The position numbers were made by a program, and so were the translations under genes. A stretch of 64,000 bases of DNA from Candidatus Aenigmatarchaeota archaeon (GTDB lineage Archaea; Aenigmatarchaeota; Aenigmatarchaeia; GW2011-AR5). Shown here one piece after another: positions 37,660 to 47,398 of this stretch (positions are counted from its first letter, which is position 1; each line of letters starts with the position of its first letter). The stretch is taken from the NCBI GenBank assembly GCA_016187335.1, contig JACPJW010000001.1, forward strand, positions 4,547-68,546, read 5' to 3'. The notes under the pieces are model-generated. The model made no database searches and was not told the origin of the DNA. It saw only the letters and a program-made list of their open reading frames with translations.

Positions 37660-38553
37660 TTGATAGCTATGAGCTGGTTTTTGTTCGTGCTTCTTGCCGT
37701 CAATTTGTGGTCATTTTCCAATATAATTGACAAGCACGTCGTGAGCAATCACGTAAAGAATCCCATGATACCTATAAGTGTGCAGGCTCTCGGCATAGCG
37801 GTTTATATTGTCTTTATAGCGCTCATATGGGGAATTTCTGTTCCATCACCACTGTACATAGTACTGTCTCTTTTCAGCGGATTTCTACTGTTTTCCGGAA
37901 TTGTTCTATACTTCGAGGCTCTGAAGCATGATGAAGTTTCAAGGGTAATGCCTCTTTTTGCCACTGCCCCGATATTTACGCTGATATTTGCAACATTCTT
38001 CCTCGGAGAACTCTTTACGGCAGACAAATATATAGGAATAGCCTTGCTGGTTCTGGGCTCCGTTATTATCTCATACAGACGCAATCAACAATACAAATTC
38101 AGCAAAGGGGTTATTTTCATGCTTGCCTCCTCTCTCATTTTCAGCATTAGCTACATTATAACCAAATATCTTAGCGGTTCAATGGACGTTCTCAATATAT
38201 TTCTTCTGACGGAACTAGGCCTTGCTTTTTTTGGCGGTATCGTTTTCCTGAAGTATAGGTCCGAGATCTCGAGTATTTATAGAAAAAATAGCAAGGTCAT
38301 CTACTTTATAATTCTGTCTGGAGCGTTCGGTTTCTTTGGCTTCCTGCTATATTTCAGCGCCATTTCCCAGGGGTCTGTATCTCTTGTAGTCGCTCTGGAC
38401 AACACCCAATGGGTCTTTGTCCTATTTTATGCAACGCTGATAAGCATCTTCCTGCCCGGTGTGCTTAAGGAAGATCTGAAAGGCTCTGTTGTGGCTTTAA
38501 AATTGCTCGCGATAGCAATCATATTTGCCGGAGCGTATTTGGTATCGGTGTAA
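37660..38553 (+). CDS. EamA/DMT-family transporter
   Basis: ~10 TM helices in two repeated halves. Confidence 0.55.
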   Translation: MIAMSWFLFVLLAVNLWSFSNIIDKHVVSNHVKNPMIPISVQALGIAVYIVFIALIWGISVPSPLYIVLSLFSGFLLFSGIVLYFEALKHDEVSRVMPLFATAPIFTLIFATFFLGELFTADKYIGIALLVLGSVIISYRRNQQYKFSKGVIFMLASSLIFSISYIITKYLSGSMDVLNIFLLTELGLAFFGGIVFLKYRSEISSIYRKNSKVIYFIILSGAFGFFGFLLYFSAISQGSVSLVVALDNTQWVFVLFYATLISIFLPGVLKEDLKGSVVALKLLAIAIIFAGAYLVSV

Positions 38554-38556
38554 TTT

Positions 38557-40164
38557 ATGGCTGTTGAACATTTCACATGGGCTGACAAGATCGCTGGCGA
38601 ACTGCTGAAAAGAGGCAGGAAGCATATAGTTCACGGCATGTGGACGCCTTCCGGCTACTTTCACATAGGCAACGCGCGCGGCGAGCTGCTTGTTCCTGCG
38701 ATGGTGGCGCGCGCGGTGAAGGATGCAGGAGGCTCCGCAAGGCAGAATTTCCTGGCTGACGACTTCGACGACATGGACAAGGTCCCGGCCGGGATTGCTG
38801 TAAACGCAGAGAAATACAATGAGTTTTTAGGAAAGCCGCTGAGAGAATGTCCTTCGCCCGTGAAAGGCTACGACAACTGGGCTTCCTATTTCACGGAACT
38901 CGCGCTGGAAGACATGGAAAAGTTTACAGAGAAGCCGAAGTTCCATTCCGTTTACGACGAATACAGGAAAGGGAAATACGACAAGGTGATAAGGATTGTT
39001 CTGGATAATGCCGGCAAGGTCCGCGACCTGTGGGAAATAATCGCAGGGACGCACAAGCCGGAAAACTGGCTGCCCGTGATGGTTGTGTGCGAAAACTGCG
39101 GCAGAAGCGCCACGACAAAAGCGGTGTCATGGGACGGAAAAAAACTGGGCTATGTTTGCAGCGAGGCCCGCGAATACGCAAAGCCATGCCGTCATGAAGG
39201 AGAAATTATACCGCGCAAAGGCAACGTCAAACTGCCTTGGCGCGTCCACTGGCCTGCCACGTGGTTTGTTTTCGGAACCACGTTTGAATCGGCGGGAAAG
39301 GACCACTTCACGAAAGGCGGCTCTGTTGATACGGGCCACGCTTTCATGCGCGAAGTGTTCGGCAAGGAGCCGCCGTATCAGGTCGGCACGGAATTCATCC
39401 AGTTAGCCGGCCAGAAAATCTCCGGGTCGCGCGGCAACGTAATCACGCTTAAGGACTGGCTGGAAGTGGCTGAGCCTGAGCTTCTCCGCTTCATGATGAT
39501 TTCCTACCAGCCTTCGACAGCTATAGATTTCGACATGCATTCCGGAAAATTATTCCTGCTCGAGCAGAGGCACCACGAATCCGAGGCGGTTTATTACGGC
39601 CAGAAGTCGCTGGGCGAGAAAAGGGACAGTCAGCTGAAAAGGGAATACATGCTTTCGCAGGTAAAGAAGCCCGCAAAACAGATGCCTGTCCAGCTGGATT
39701 ATTCCCTGCTCACGATGGTCGTCCAGATGTATCCGCACAAGAGCATGGGAAAAATCATTGAGCTGCTGCATTCCCTGAAAGCCCTGAAGAAAGACAAACT
39801 GGCAAAAGGTGATGAGCAGAGAATTTCTGTCATGATAAATCGCGCGCGGGTCTGGGTGGAAAAATACGCGCCTGATGACTTGAAATTGAAGCTGAACGAA
39901 ACAGCCCCGCTGCTCAACCTGACTGAAGACGAGATTGACGCCGTGTTCACTTTGAGCAAAGAGCTGAGCAAGGACTGGACCGAGCAGGACTTGCAGTCAA
40001 GGATTTACGAGATAGCGCGCGAGGAAGACGTGGAGCCGAGGAGGTTCTTCCAGATTTTGTATAAAATTCTTCTCAACCGCGAATCCGGCCCGCGCCTTGG
40101 TCCGTTCATCATCGTGGTCGGGAAAGAAAAAATCAGGGAAATCCTTGATACCCTGAAGAAGTAA
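38557..40164 (+). CDS. lysK: Lysyl-tRNA synthetase, class I
   Basis: PSGYFHIGNARGE (HIGH-type) and KISGSRG (KMSKS-type). ~535 aa. Confidence 0.85.
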   Translation: MAVEHFTWADKIAGELLKRGRKHIVHGMWTPSGYFHIGNARGELLVPAMVARAVKDAGGSARQNFLADDFDDMDKVPAGIAVNAEKYNEFLGKPLRECPSPVKGYDNWASYFTELALEDMEKFTEKPKFHSVYDEYRKGKYDKVIRIVLDNAGKVRDLWEIIAGTHKPENWLPVMVVCENCGRSATTKAVSWDGKKLGYVCSEAREYAKPCRHEGEIIPRKGNVKLPWRVHWPATWFVFGTTFESAGKDHFTKGGSVDTGHAFMREVFGKEPPYQVGTEFIQLAGQKISGSRGNVITLKDWLEVAEPELLRFMMISYQPSTAIDFDMHSGKLFLLEQRHHESEAVYYGQKSLGEKRDSQLKREYMLSQVKKPAKQMPVQLDYSLLTMVVQMYPHKSMGKIIELLHSLKALKKDKLAKGDEQRISVMINRARVWVEKYAPDDLKLKLNETAPLLNLTEDEIDAVFTLSKELSKDWTEQDLQSRIYEIAREEDVEPRRFFQILYKILLNRESGPRLGPFIIVVGKEKIREILDTLKK

Positions 40165-40285
40165 ATTATTCAGCTGATGCAATTCTTTTTATAATTTTTG
40201 GTTCTTTCTATAAATAATCTTGGTCCATCTCGCAACGGTTTATTTCTGCTGCAAAAATTTTGACTTAGCGGGCGCGGTGATCGAT

Positions 40286-40351
40286 ATGAGCAGGGACATT
40301 ATGGAATTTGATGACGACGACTATCCTGAAGGGTTCGACGACGACGAATAA
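40286..40351 (+). CDS. Possible 21-aa highly acidic micro-ORF (MSRDIMEFDDDDYPEGFDDDE)
   Basis: ATG..TAA reading frame. The stop is embedded in the conserved upstream motif at 40347-40369. Speculative. Confidence 0.2.
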   Translation: MSRDIMEFDDDDYPEGFDDDE

Positions 40352-40389
40352 ATATCTGCGGGATAAAGCTCTGGCAAAAAGTATACTGG

Positions 40390-40593
40390 ATGGTGGTACG
40401 GATGCCTAGGTACGGCAAACTGGCGCAGAAATACGTTAAGAGCGCGTTAAAGCGCATGAAAAAAGGCACCCTGAAAAGCGGCAGGAGCGGGAAAATTGTA
40501 AGGAGCAGGAAGCAGGCAATAGCCATAGGGCTTTCGGAAGCGAGGGAAAAAGGCGGGAAAGTACCTAGACCGCCAAAAAGGAAAGGGAGATAG
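40390..40593 (+). CDS. Small basic protein, hypothetical
   Basis: 67 aa, Lys/Arg-rich. Preceded by the conserved motif at 40347-40369. Confidence 0.4.
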   Translation: MVVRMPRYGKLAQKYVKSALKRMKKGTLKSGRSGKIVRSRKQAIAIGLSEAREKGGKVPRPPKRKGR

Positions 40594-41143
40594 AGGACTG
40601 TTTCTATTGCGAAAAGATATGACCGTAATTACTTCGGCTGGTACTCGGCGTGCTTGCTCAGTGCTTCCTTCACCGGCACAGGCGGCCTGTCGCCGGCGTA
40701 AATGAAATATCCCATTGAGCAGAGAACAGGATAAGCTCTTTCATCAGGTTTTCTGTCTGAATTCGCTTCGTTCAGCCTGATGTCCGTCTGAAGCATTGTA
40801 TCATCTTTGATGCAAATCTTAAGAAACAATCTTATGGATCCGAGACCCTCAATGCAAATGCCTCTAATTCTTTTTGGAACAGCGTATAAGCAGCTCTTTC
40901 AAAAATGCGCCTGTGAGTTGCATCGTCGGACTTCGCCGCGGCTCTCGCAAAGAAATCCGAAGCCTCGTAAAAAACTGCCGCTCCGTCGTCTTCATCTATA
41001 CGGCCTTCCATTAATGTACGATATAATTTTCATTTTTATCTTCTCAATATAGCATGCGCAGATTTCCGGCGGCACATTTCCTGTTACTGTTTCTATCATT
41101 AGAGATGGTAAAATAACAAAGCTTAAATGTGCATCGTAATAGT

Positions 41144-42199
41144 CTATTGAACAAATTCGTTTAGTCGTCTTAATGCCCTCGTTTTGTCAACGTTGCCGAG
41201 CTTCGCTTCTTCCACCGCGGACTTCAGCATGCTTATCGTATTGTCGTAAGTTTTTTTGTCAACAGGCATCGGGATTCCGTCCTTCCCGCCGTGGCTGAAG
41301 GAAAACTTCGCCGGGTCCTGCCATGACAATTCCGTGCCGTAAACCAGATTCGCCGTCAAAGCAAGAGCCCGCACTGCAGCAGGCCCCAAGCCGCGTATCG
41401 CTATTAATTCCTCATAGTTCGCGGGATTTATTTCCCTCGCCTGGTTGAGCGCTTTCACAACCTGCTTGCTTAATTCAATGTGATGGTGTTCAGGCATGCT
41501 CAGCGTCTTCATTTCCTCTTTTCTTTTCAGCTTCGCATAGTCGCCTTCGTTCAATGCATCTACTGACGCAAAGCGCGCGACAGTACTCTGCTTCGCCGTC
41601 ATGTCAAGAGCATGCGCGGAGCGCGCGTCACAGCATATCGCGGCATGCGGCTCGTCAACAAAGCTCCTTGCAATCCTTGAAGACCAGTGATACCTGCGCG
41701 CGTATTTGTTTTCATCATTCATGCCCTGCTGCACCACCGTCCAGTCGTCTTTTGAAAAGAAAAACGAATGTTGGTAAAGCGAATAACCGTCCTGGACGCA
41801 GGCGTTGTCAACCTTAGCCGAAAGCTTGCTTGCCCTGACAAGCGAGGCGCTGTTGCTAAAACCGAGCCTGTCGCTCAATTCTATAATCTGCTCCGGAGCT
41901 TGCAGTGATTTTTTTCCCTTCCCTCCAGCAACGCCTATTCCTATTTCTTCCAGCCCGCATTCTTTCAGCGCGCCGCACACGGTTGTTGTGACGCCCGACG
42001 AGTGCCAGTCAAACCCGAGGACACAGCCGAATGCCTGGAACCAGTATGGGTCAGCAAGCCGGCGCAAAAATTCCTCTTCGCTGTATTCATTTACAACAGC
42101 TTCTGCTACGGGCCTTGCCAGCTGCTTCATCTTGCTGAAAAGCCAAGGCGGGCAGTGGCCTGAATGCAGCGGAAGATTTGCTGTCCCAGTGCGGCGCAT
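41144..42199 (-). CDS. Conserved hypothetical protein (DUF763-like)
   Basis: LPLHSGHCPPWLFSKMKQLA N-terminal region reminiscent of the archaeal DUF763 family. Assignment from memory only. Confidence 0.4.
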   Translation of the reverse strand: MRRTGTANLPLHSGHCPPWLFSKMKQLARPVAEAVVNEYSEEEFLRRLADPYWFQAFGCVLGFDWHSSGVTTTVCGALKECGLEEIGIGVAGGKGKKSLQAPEQIIELSDRLGFSNSASLVRASKLSAKVDNACVQDGYSLYQHSFFFSKDDWTVVQQGMNDENKYARRYHWSSRIARSFVDEPHAAICCDARSAHALDMTAKQSTVARFASVDALNEGDYAKLKRKEEMKTLSMPEHHHIELSKQVVKALNQAREINPANYEELIAIRGLGPAAVRALALTANLVYGTELSWQDPAKFSFSHGGKDGIPMPVDKKTYDNTISMLKSAVEEAKLGNVDKTRALRRLNEFVQ

Positions 42200-42248
42200 G
42201 GTTAACTAAGAACAAAAGGGGAATATATTTTTTTCGGTCAGGAAACGG

Positions 42249-42470
42249 CTATTTCTTCGCCTTCACGAGAAAATAATACAGAATCGCCCCGATGACGTTA
42301 AGGAAAAGCAGGACAAGGACCCATATCAGGCGCTCGTTGCCGCCCTTGTTCGGGAAATTCCTGTCTTTTCTTGTCAGGCAGTCAACAAGCATCCACAGCC
42401 AGAAAACTACGGCTAAAACTATCAGGATCATGAATACCGCCATCGCGCCGAACATCCAGGCAAAGACCAT
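42249..42470 (-). CDS. Small membrane protein
   Basis: 73 aa with two TM helices. Confidence 0.35.
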   Translation of the reverse strand: MVFAWMFGAMAVFMILIVLAVVFWLWMLVDCLTRKDRNFPNKGGNERLIWVLVLLFLNVIGAILYYFLVKAKK

Positions 42471-42601
42471 TCAAATCTAAACTCATTTGATGCAGCAGGA
42501 ATATAAAAAGATTCGAACAGGCGAAACTGATAGAAAAAATCAACAAAAAATGTCATTATAGATTATTGGTTCCTCAAATGACAGAATTTTTAAAATAGAC
42601 A

Positions 42602-44005
42602 CTAAATGAATATTGAATATGTCGTCAAAGCTACATTATCATTTCCGTTTTTTGCCCAAAGTACAACAGTATAGACTCCACTCCCCTTAGAAAGAAGCGG
42701 TTGAATATTCGCTGTAATTGCAAAGCTTCCTCCGTTTACGTGCCATCTTGATGCCTCAACGTATTTGTAATTCATACTTGAAGTGTCATAATAAGAGCCT
42801 AGAGGTGGTGGTGCCAAAATATATCCTGCTTCATCTCCAAGACTATAAGCACCTCTATAAAAATAACTTAGCAAATCGCTCTGAGTAAGCCGCACAGGAG
42901 TCAGGTCATAATAGAGTGCAACATTCTGTATTGTTCCTAAAGACGATGTGCCTTCCATACTAAGAATTCCAGAACTGTAACTTATTGGTTCTGACCACAA
43001 AATGTAATCATCCTCGAAATCCTGCACATATGCAAGATGCGTGCTGTCATAAGCGATTCCTATGTTGACTTTATTATGATTTTTATCAAGAATGTTATCT
43101 CTATGTCCCCAATTTGAGTCCGCATCATCATTTACCATTTGATATTCATGAGTTTCGATACTTTCTTTCGGATCTATTGTTACGGCATTAGGTTCATAAT
43201 AAAAGAAACCAGAAAACGCAGCATTTTCGGCTATAGACCCTTTGCCTCCTGCCTTTGTATATCGCATATATGGTTTAGACCCGTCGCTCCCCCAATGAGA
43301 AAGAAATCGGTTTTCAATCATATCTTCTGCATGTTGTTGGGCTGCGTTATTATTGCCTAATGCTACGGGCTTAAGCCCATTTTGTGTTCTATCCTCGTTA
43401 ATCAATTGTAATGCATAATTGCGCAATTCCTGAAGTGTATACTGCTTTGGTTGTGCAAACCTTGTTTCTACCGTCGGTCTATAAACTTGTCTACTAAAAT
43501 TAAGTGTTATTTTGTTAGTGTCGTTAAAAGAAATGTTGGGCAAATAACTCGATACTTTGCTCCAATTAGTGTAAATCAGAAACCCAGCTACTATCAGAAC
43601 GATAATAAAAACCACAGTTCTTGACACTTTTATTTCGTCTTTTTTTGCACGTTCATATGGTATCGGAATACCATCTTTGAAAACAACAGACGGCTCTTCG
43701 TGATGCTTGATTGGCTTCGACTTTACAAACTTATCTAAGGCCTCTTTATATTGTTGCAGTTTTCGTTTGTTTTCTTCTTCCCAATGCTCCAAATAAGGTG
43801 GACAAGGATGTCCTCCAGGCTTATGCCATTCTTCCATAAAAAGTCTGTCTTTCTGAGTAGAACCTTCAAATCTAGGAAGGCCAGCCGGCTTTGGCCTGAT
43901 ATGCACATTGCAGAAATACTTTTGGCAATACCGACATTTTTTGAAGAATTTGTTACCCATGTCGCATAAATGGTAATTGCATTCTATCCTCCGATTTTTA
44001 ACCAT
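42602..44005 (-). CDS. Membrane protein: N-terminal AN1-like zinc finger, TM, extracellular CAP/SCP-like domain
   Basis: Cys/His cluster CNYHLC..CRYCQKYFCNVH..H..HPC. One TM. LSHWGSDGSKPYMRY...GENAA CAP-domain-like block. AT-rich gene. Confidence 0.5.
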   Translation of the reverse strand: MVKNRRIECNYHLCDMGNKFFKKCRYCQKYFCNVHIRPKPAGLPRFEGSTQKDRLFMEEWHKPGGHPCPPYLEHWEEENKRKLQQYKEALDKFVKSKPIKHHEEPSVVFKDGIPIPYERAKKDEIKVSRTVVFIIVLIVAGFLIYTNWSKVSSYLPNISFNDTNKITLNFSRQVYRPTVETRFAQPKQYTLQELRNYALQLINEDRTQNGLKPVALGNNNAAQQHAEDMIENRFLSHWGSDGSKPYMRYTKAGGKGSIAENAAFSGFFYYEPNAVTIDPKESIETHEYQMVNDDADSNWGHRDNILDKNHNKVNIGIAYDSTHLAYVQDFEDDYILWSEPISYSSGILSMEGTSSLGTIQNVALYYDLTPVRLTQSDLLSYFYRGAYSLGDEAGYILAPPPLGSYYDTSSMNYKYVEASRWHVNGGSFAITANIQPLLSKGSGVYTVVLWAKNGNDNVALTTYSIFI

Positions 44006-44063
44006 CTAGTCACTAAAAAACTTTAGTTTGGTTCTTTAAAAAATCTCCTTTTTTATATAATTT

Positions 44064-44297
44064 ATGAAAAAGAACGGACTAAGGAATAGACACAAAATTA
44101 AAATAAAGTCAAAAGTTAGAAAAACAAAACCTAAATTTAGCTACGATATTCTTGTCGATAAGTTCATTTATTCTGATTTTAACAGTAGTGAAATGCCGCT
44201 TGAGTTGGAAATTATGAAATTTATGGAAGTGAATAGAATTCCAGAGAAACATTTTGAGATATTATTTTCAAAGGTAAATAGAAAATTTTATGGATGA
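44064..44297 (+). CDS. Hypothetical small protein (AT-rich)
   Basis: ORF only. Confidence 0.2.
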   Translation: MKKNGLRNRHKIKIKSKVRKTKPKFSYDILVDKFIYSDFNSSEMPLELEIMKFMEVNRIPEKHFEILFSKVNRKFYG

Positions 44298-44345
44298 CAG
44301 TTTATTGTAATAAAAAATAGTCTTTATTCCTTTAAAGATAATTAA

Positions 44346-44582
44346 TTACTCATACGGTTCTCCGGATGGTGTTACCCAAGTTTTTAGTTTTCCACATCTT
44401 CGACATCTTGAATGGTGATCAACAACATGGGAAGCACCGTGAAAAATTGATGTTGATGGTCCATAATCATGAAGTCCTAATTTACATTTTAAGGATCTTC
44501 CAAAATCAATTTTATAATATCCACGTATTAAAGCATAGGGGAAAGTAATAATTCTAAGTATCCATTTTATTATCCGATTCAT
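44346..44582 (-). CDS. Hypothetical small protein
   Basis: 78 aa ORF with C-terminal C..C/H..H pattern. Confidence 0.3.
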   Translation of the reverse strand: MNRIIKWILRIITFPYALIRGYYKIDFGRSLKCKLGLHDYGPSTSIFHGASHVVDHHSRCRRCGKLKTWVTPSGEPYE

Positions 44583-44637
44583 TTGATCATCTTAATATTC
44601 TCAGATTTCAAGTGTTTGCACCTACCCTTTTTATATG

Positions 44638-44793
44638 CGAGGGGCCGGATTCGAACCGACGAAGGCACTAAGCCACTAGGTATCTCACATGAGACCAGAT
44701 GGCTCCATGGCCTGAACATAGCCTCAGGACCTAAGCTTGGCTTACAGCTGTTACCTGATCTAGCCCCTTTGTCCACTCGGGAACCCTCGCTTA
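44638..44793 (-). tRNA. Long intron-containing tRNA, class II-like (probably Leu)
   Basis: Minus strand: 5' GCGAGGG...T-arm GTCGG-TTCGAAT-CCGGC-CCCTCGC-A. D-arm TTCCCGAGTGGACAAAGGG is class II-like. A variable-arm hairpin is present. CTTAGG/CTGAGG candidate anticodon loops both read Leu. ~65 extra nt imply one or more introns. Confidence 0.55.
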
Positions 44794-45414
44794 AGGCTTT
44801 TGAATTATTGCAACAATATCCATCGGGAACAATTTAAACGCTTTATGGCTGCTGTCAAAGACTCTTAGAACTTTAAAGCCGCTTTCTTCCAGAAGCTTTC
44901 TTAGCTCCTTTCTTGAGAAGAAGTAATAGTAACGATGATACTCATTATCTCCTATTTTCCACCGCACGAAATCCTCCTTCCTTTTGAAATTAAGCCTTGG
45001 CTGGTTCTTGTTCCAGACGCTTATTATTGCTGACGATCCGGGCTTCATTACCCTCCACATTTCCATTACGGATTTCTTTCTTGGTTCTTCTCCCTCAATC
45101 TGGTGGATAACATTTGCCGCGACAACAGCGTCGAAAACATTATCCTTGAACGGCATCGCATCTGCACGCGCGACGGCAAAAAAGGCTTTTATTTTTTCCT
45201 TAGAGGCTTTTTCCTTAGCAAGTTTGATCATTTTCTCTGCAAAATCAAAACCCACATATTTTTTCCCTTTGATCATGTGTCTGCCAGATCCACATCCTAA
45301 ATCAAGAATCAAGCCTTCTGAATTAGAGATGAAATCCACTATATCTTTATGGGGCTTTGTCCTCAAGCGATGCCATTCCGGAGCAATAGAATTCCATACT
45401 TCCCTTTGTTTCAT
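44791..45414 (-). CDS. Class I SAM-dependent methyltransferase
   Basis: LDLGCGSGRH motif I and DAVVAANVIHQ motif. Confidence 0.75.
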   Translation of the reverse strand: MKQREVWNSIAPEWHRLRTKPHKDIVDFISNSEGLILDLGCGSGRHMIKGKKYVGFDFAEKMIKLAKEKASKEKIKAFFAVARADAMPFKDNVFDAVVAANVIHQIEGEEPRKKSVMEMWRVMKPGSSAIISVWNKNQPRLNFKRKEDFVRWKIGDNEYHRYYYFFSRKELRKLLEESGFKVLRVFDSSHKAFKLFPMDIVAIIQKP

Positions 45415-45476
45415 GGTAATAATCAGAAAAAAGCCCTTTTAAAATATAGTTTGTAATTTGTTACAGTCTTCAAATT

Positions 45477-45723
45477 GCTCCCGTAGTCTAGCCCGGCAAA
45501 GGAGAAACTGCGTTTCTCCCTTTACCCTCTTCCTTTCTGAAAAAGAAGGGAATGAGGTTACAAGGAGAGAACCGTAGGTTCTTCTCCTGTTAGGATATCG
45601 GCCTCTCAGCACCCTTTCTTTTGAAAAAGAAAGTGTGCACGGAAAGAAAACTTCAGAAAAGCGTGAACGGAAAGAATGGGTGGAAGTTCGCCGAAGACGC
45701 GGGTTCAAATCCCGCCGGGAGCA
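45477..45723 (+). tRNA. Very long tRNA-like gene with probable multiple introns (anticodon unresolved)
   Basis: 5' GCTCCCG-TA-GTCTAGCCCGG... and 3' ...GCGGG-TTCAAAT-CCCGC-CGGGAGC-A give a perfectly paired acceptor and T-arm ~247 nt apart. Interior contains palindromic hairpins (CTTTCTTTTGAAAAAGAAAG). Confidence 0.5.
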
Positions 45724-45791
45724 TAGAATTATCGGGATATATATAGCAACGGAAAAATTGAACGCTGACGTATATCCTGAAGAATATAGAA

Positions 45792-47252
45792 TTATGGTGA
45801 CTGACAGTCAAATGTAATATTCATAAAAACTTGTGAGTTTATAGGCATAGACAATTGTGTAAAGGTGAATCCATTGTTGTCGTTATTTGAAAATGAGTTC
45901 CTCGTAGAAGCCCAGAATATTCTCCTACTTGTTTCTATATCACAATAATTTGAATTTGTGCAAGTTGAAAGTCTAACATCTTCAATAATCGTTGCGTTAC
46001 TAAATTTACCAGTCACATTAGTAATTGAGCATAACCTTCCTATGTTCTGGAAAGCTTGAAGAAAGACTTCTTGAATTACAAGATCTTTTGGAAGGTTGTT
46101 TGTAATATTAACTTCAAAATAAGATACGTTGTAGATTTTTCTAACGTCTGTTTTTGGGATTTTGATTTTATCAATATTTCCTTGATCCAATACAAATCCA
46201 GTGAGATTTATCGACCTAAAAGAGAAGTTTGACCCAGTCAAAACAATTACGTTAGAATTATTGTAGTATATTACTTCCTTAAGTCCAATCTTATTGAATT
46301 CGTCATACTTTTGTTTTAAAGAAATTGGGTATGTTCTATATGTTTCATTAACATTCAATATTACTCCAAAATAATTTTGATATGCATAATTGAAATCCAG
46401 ATCATTAACAGTATAGTTTCCAATTTCAAACGGTACCCATCCATAAAACCCTTCATTTTCTATTTCAAATTGTTGAGATTTGTGTTTGTAAAGAACTGCA
46501 TTATTGAAACTTTCAAAACTACTAACAGAAGTACCATTACCGTCCAAGTAATAGAAATCAGTACTTTCTGAAATGAAATGTGTCTGTGGCATAGAGGAAT
46601 AACTTATTAAAGTAAAAATTATCAAAGACGCGATAAGAAAACTAATCAAAAATTTCCTTTCGAATGGCTTTAGAGTTACAACGGGTAGTTCATATTTGAT
46701 CTTATTGTTCTTATACAAAGTCAAACATACCAACGATAAAATTACTAATGAAAATGATGTTTGAAGAAGAATAATAGAAAATATTCCATATGCCGAAAAT
46801 ATTGCTGTTGCGCTATTCAGAAGAATTACGCAGGACAAAATGAAGAAAGCAATAATACCCATTTCTAAAGCTAGAAATGAATTTTCACGCTCTTTTTTTG
46901 AAAATACTCCACCCCATACAAAAACAATACTTAGAAGTAAGATAAAACTTATTATGTAATTCAAACTATCAATAATATTTTTATTATATAGGAAAATATT
47001 GTTCGAATAAACTAAAAATCCACCTATAACAATGTAAAGTGTAATGTATACAATTAGCCCAAGTCCTCCTGAAAGAATTAACTTATCAACATCGCTCAAT
47101 CCAAATCTAAATTTTTTTGATTTGAAATCGTAAGTTGATGCAAAAATTAACGAATATCCAAGAAATAAGACCAATACTTTAACGAGCGTATTAGCACCGA
47201 AATAATCAAAGGCTGCATTTACAGCGTCTGCAATTCCAAGTGGGTCTGCCAT
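45792..47252 (-). CDS. Polytopic membrane protein with large C-terminal extracytoplasmic domain (AT-rich)
   Basis: ~8 N-terminal TM helices then a ~250 aa Asn/Ile-rich domain. No family recognised. Confidence 0.45.
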   Translation of the reverse strand: MADPLGIADAVNAAFDYFGANTLVKVLVLFLGYSLIFASTYDFKSKKFRFGLSDVDKLILSGGLGLIVYITLYIVIGGFLVYSNNIFLYNKNIIDSLNYIISFILLLSIVFVWGGVFSKKERENSFLALEMGIIAFFILSCVILLNSATAIFSAYGIFSIILLQTSFSLVILSLVCLTLYKNNKIKYELPVVTLKPFERKFLISFLIASLIIFTLISYSSMPQTHFISESTDFYYLDGNGTSVSSFESFNNAVLYKHKSQQFEIENEGFYGWVPFEIGNYTVNDLDFNYAYQNYFGVILNVNETYRTYPISLKQKYDEFNKIGLKEVIYYNNSNVIVLTGSNFSFRSINLTGFVLDQGNIDKIKIPKTDVRKIYNVSYFEVNITNNLPKDLVIQEVFLQAFQNIGRLCSITNVTGKFSNATIIEDVRLSTCTNSNYCDIETSRRIFWASTRNSFSNNDNNGFTFTQLSMPINSQVFMNITFDCQSP

Positions 47253-47398
47253 AATTCACATACTTCAGTGAATTATTAAACAGTCTAATTACGGACTTTT
47301 TCGGACCCTTCAACTTCTCCACTTTTCCCTGCCTTTCGCGGGAGCATTTTTCACGCCCTTCTGAACGCTATTAATTCGTTCCTGTCCTATTCTTCATG

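Noticed and set aside
45439-45708. 89-aa minus-strand ORF
   Set aside because: Lies entirely inside the long tRNA-like gene (45477-45723) and has a low-complexity translation.
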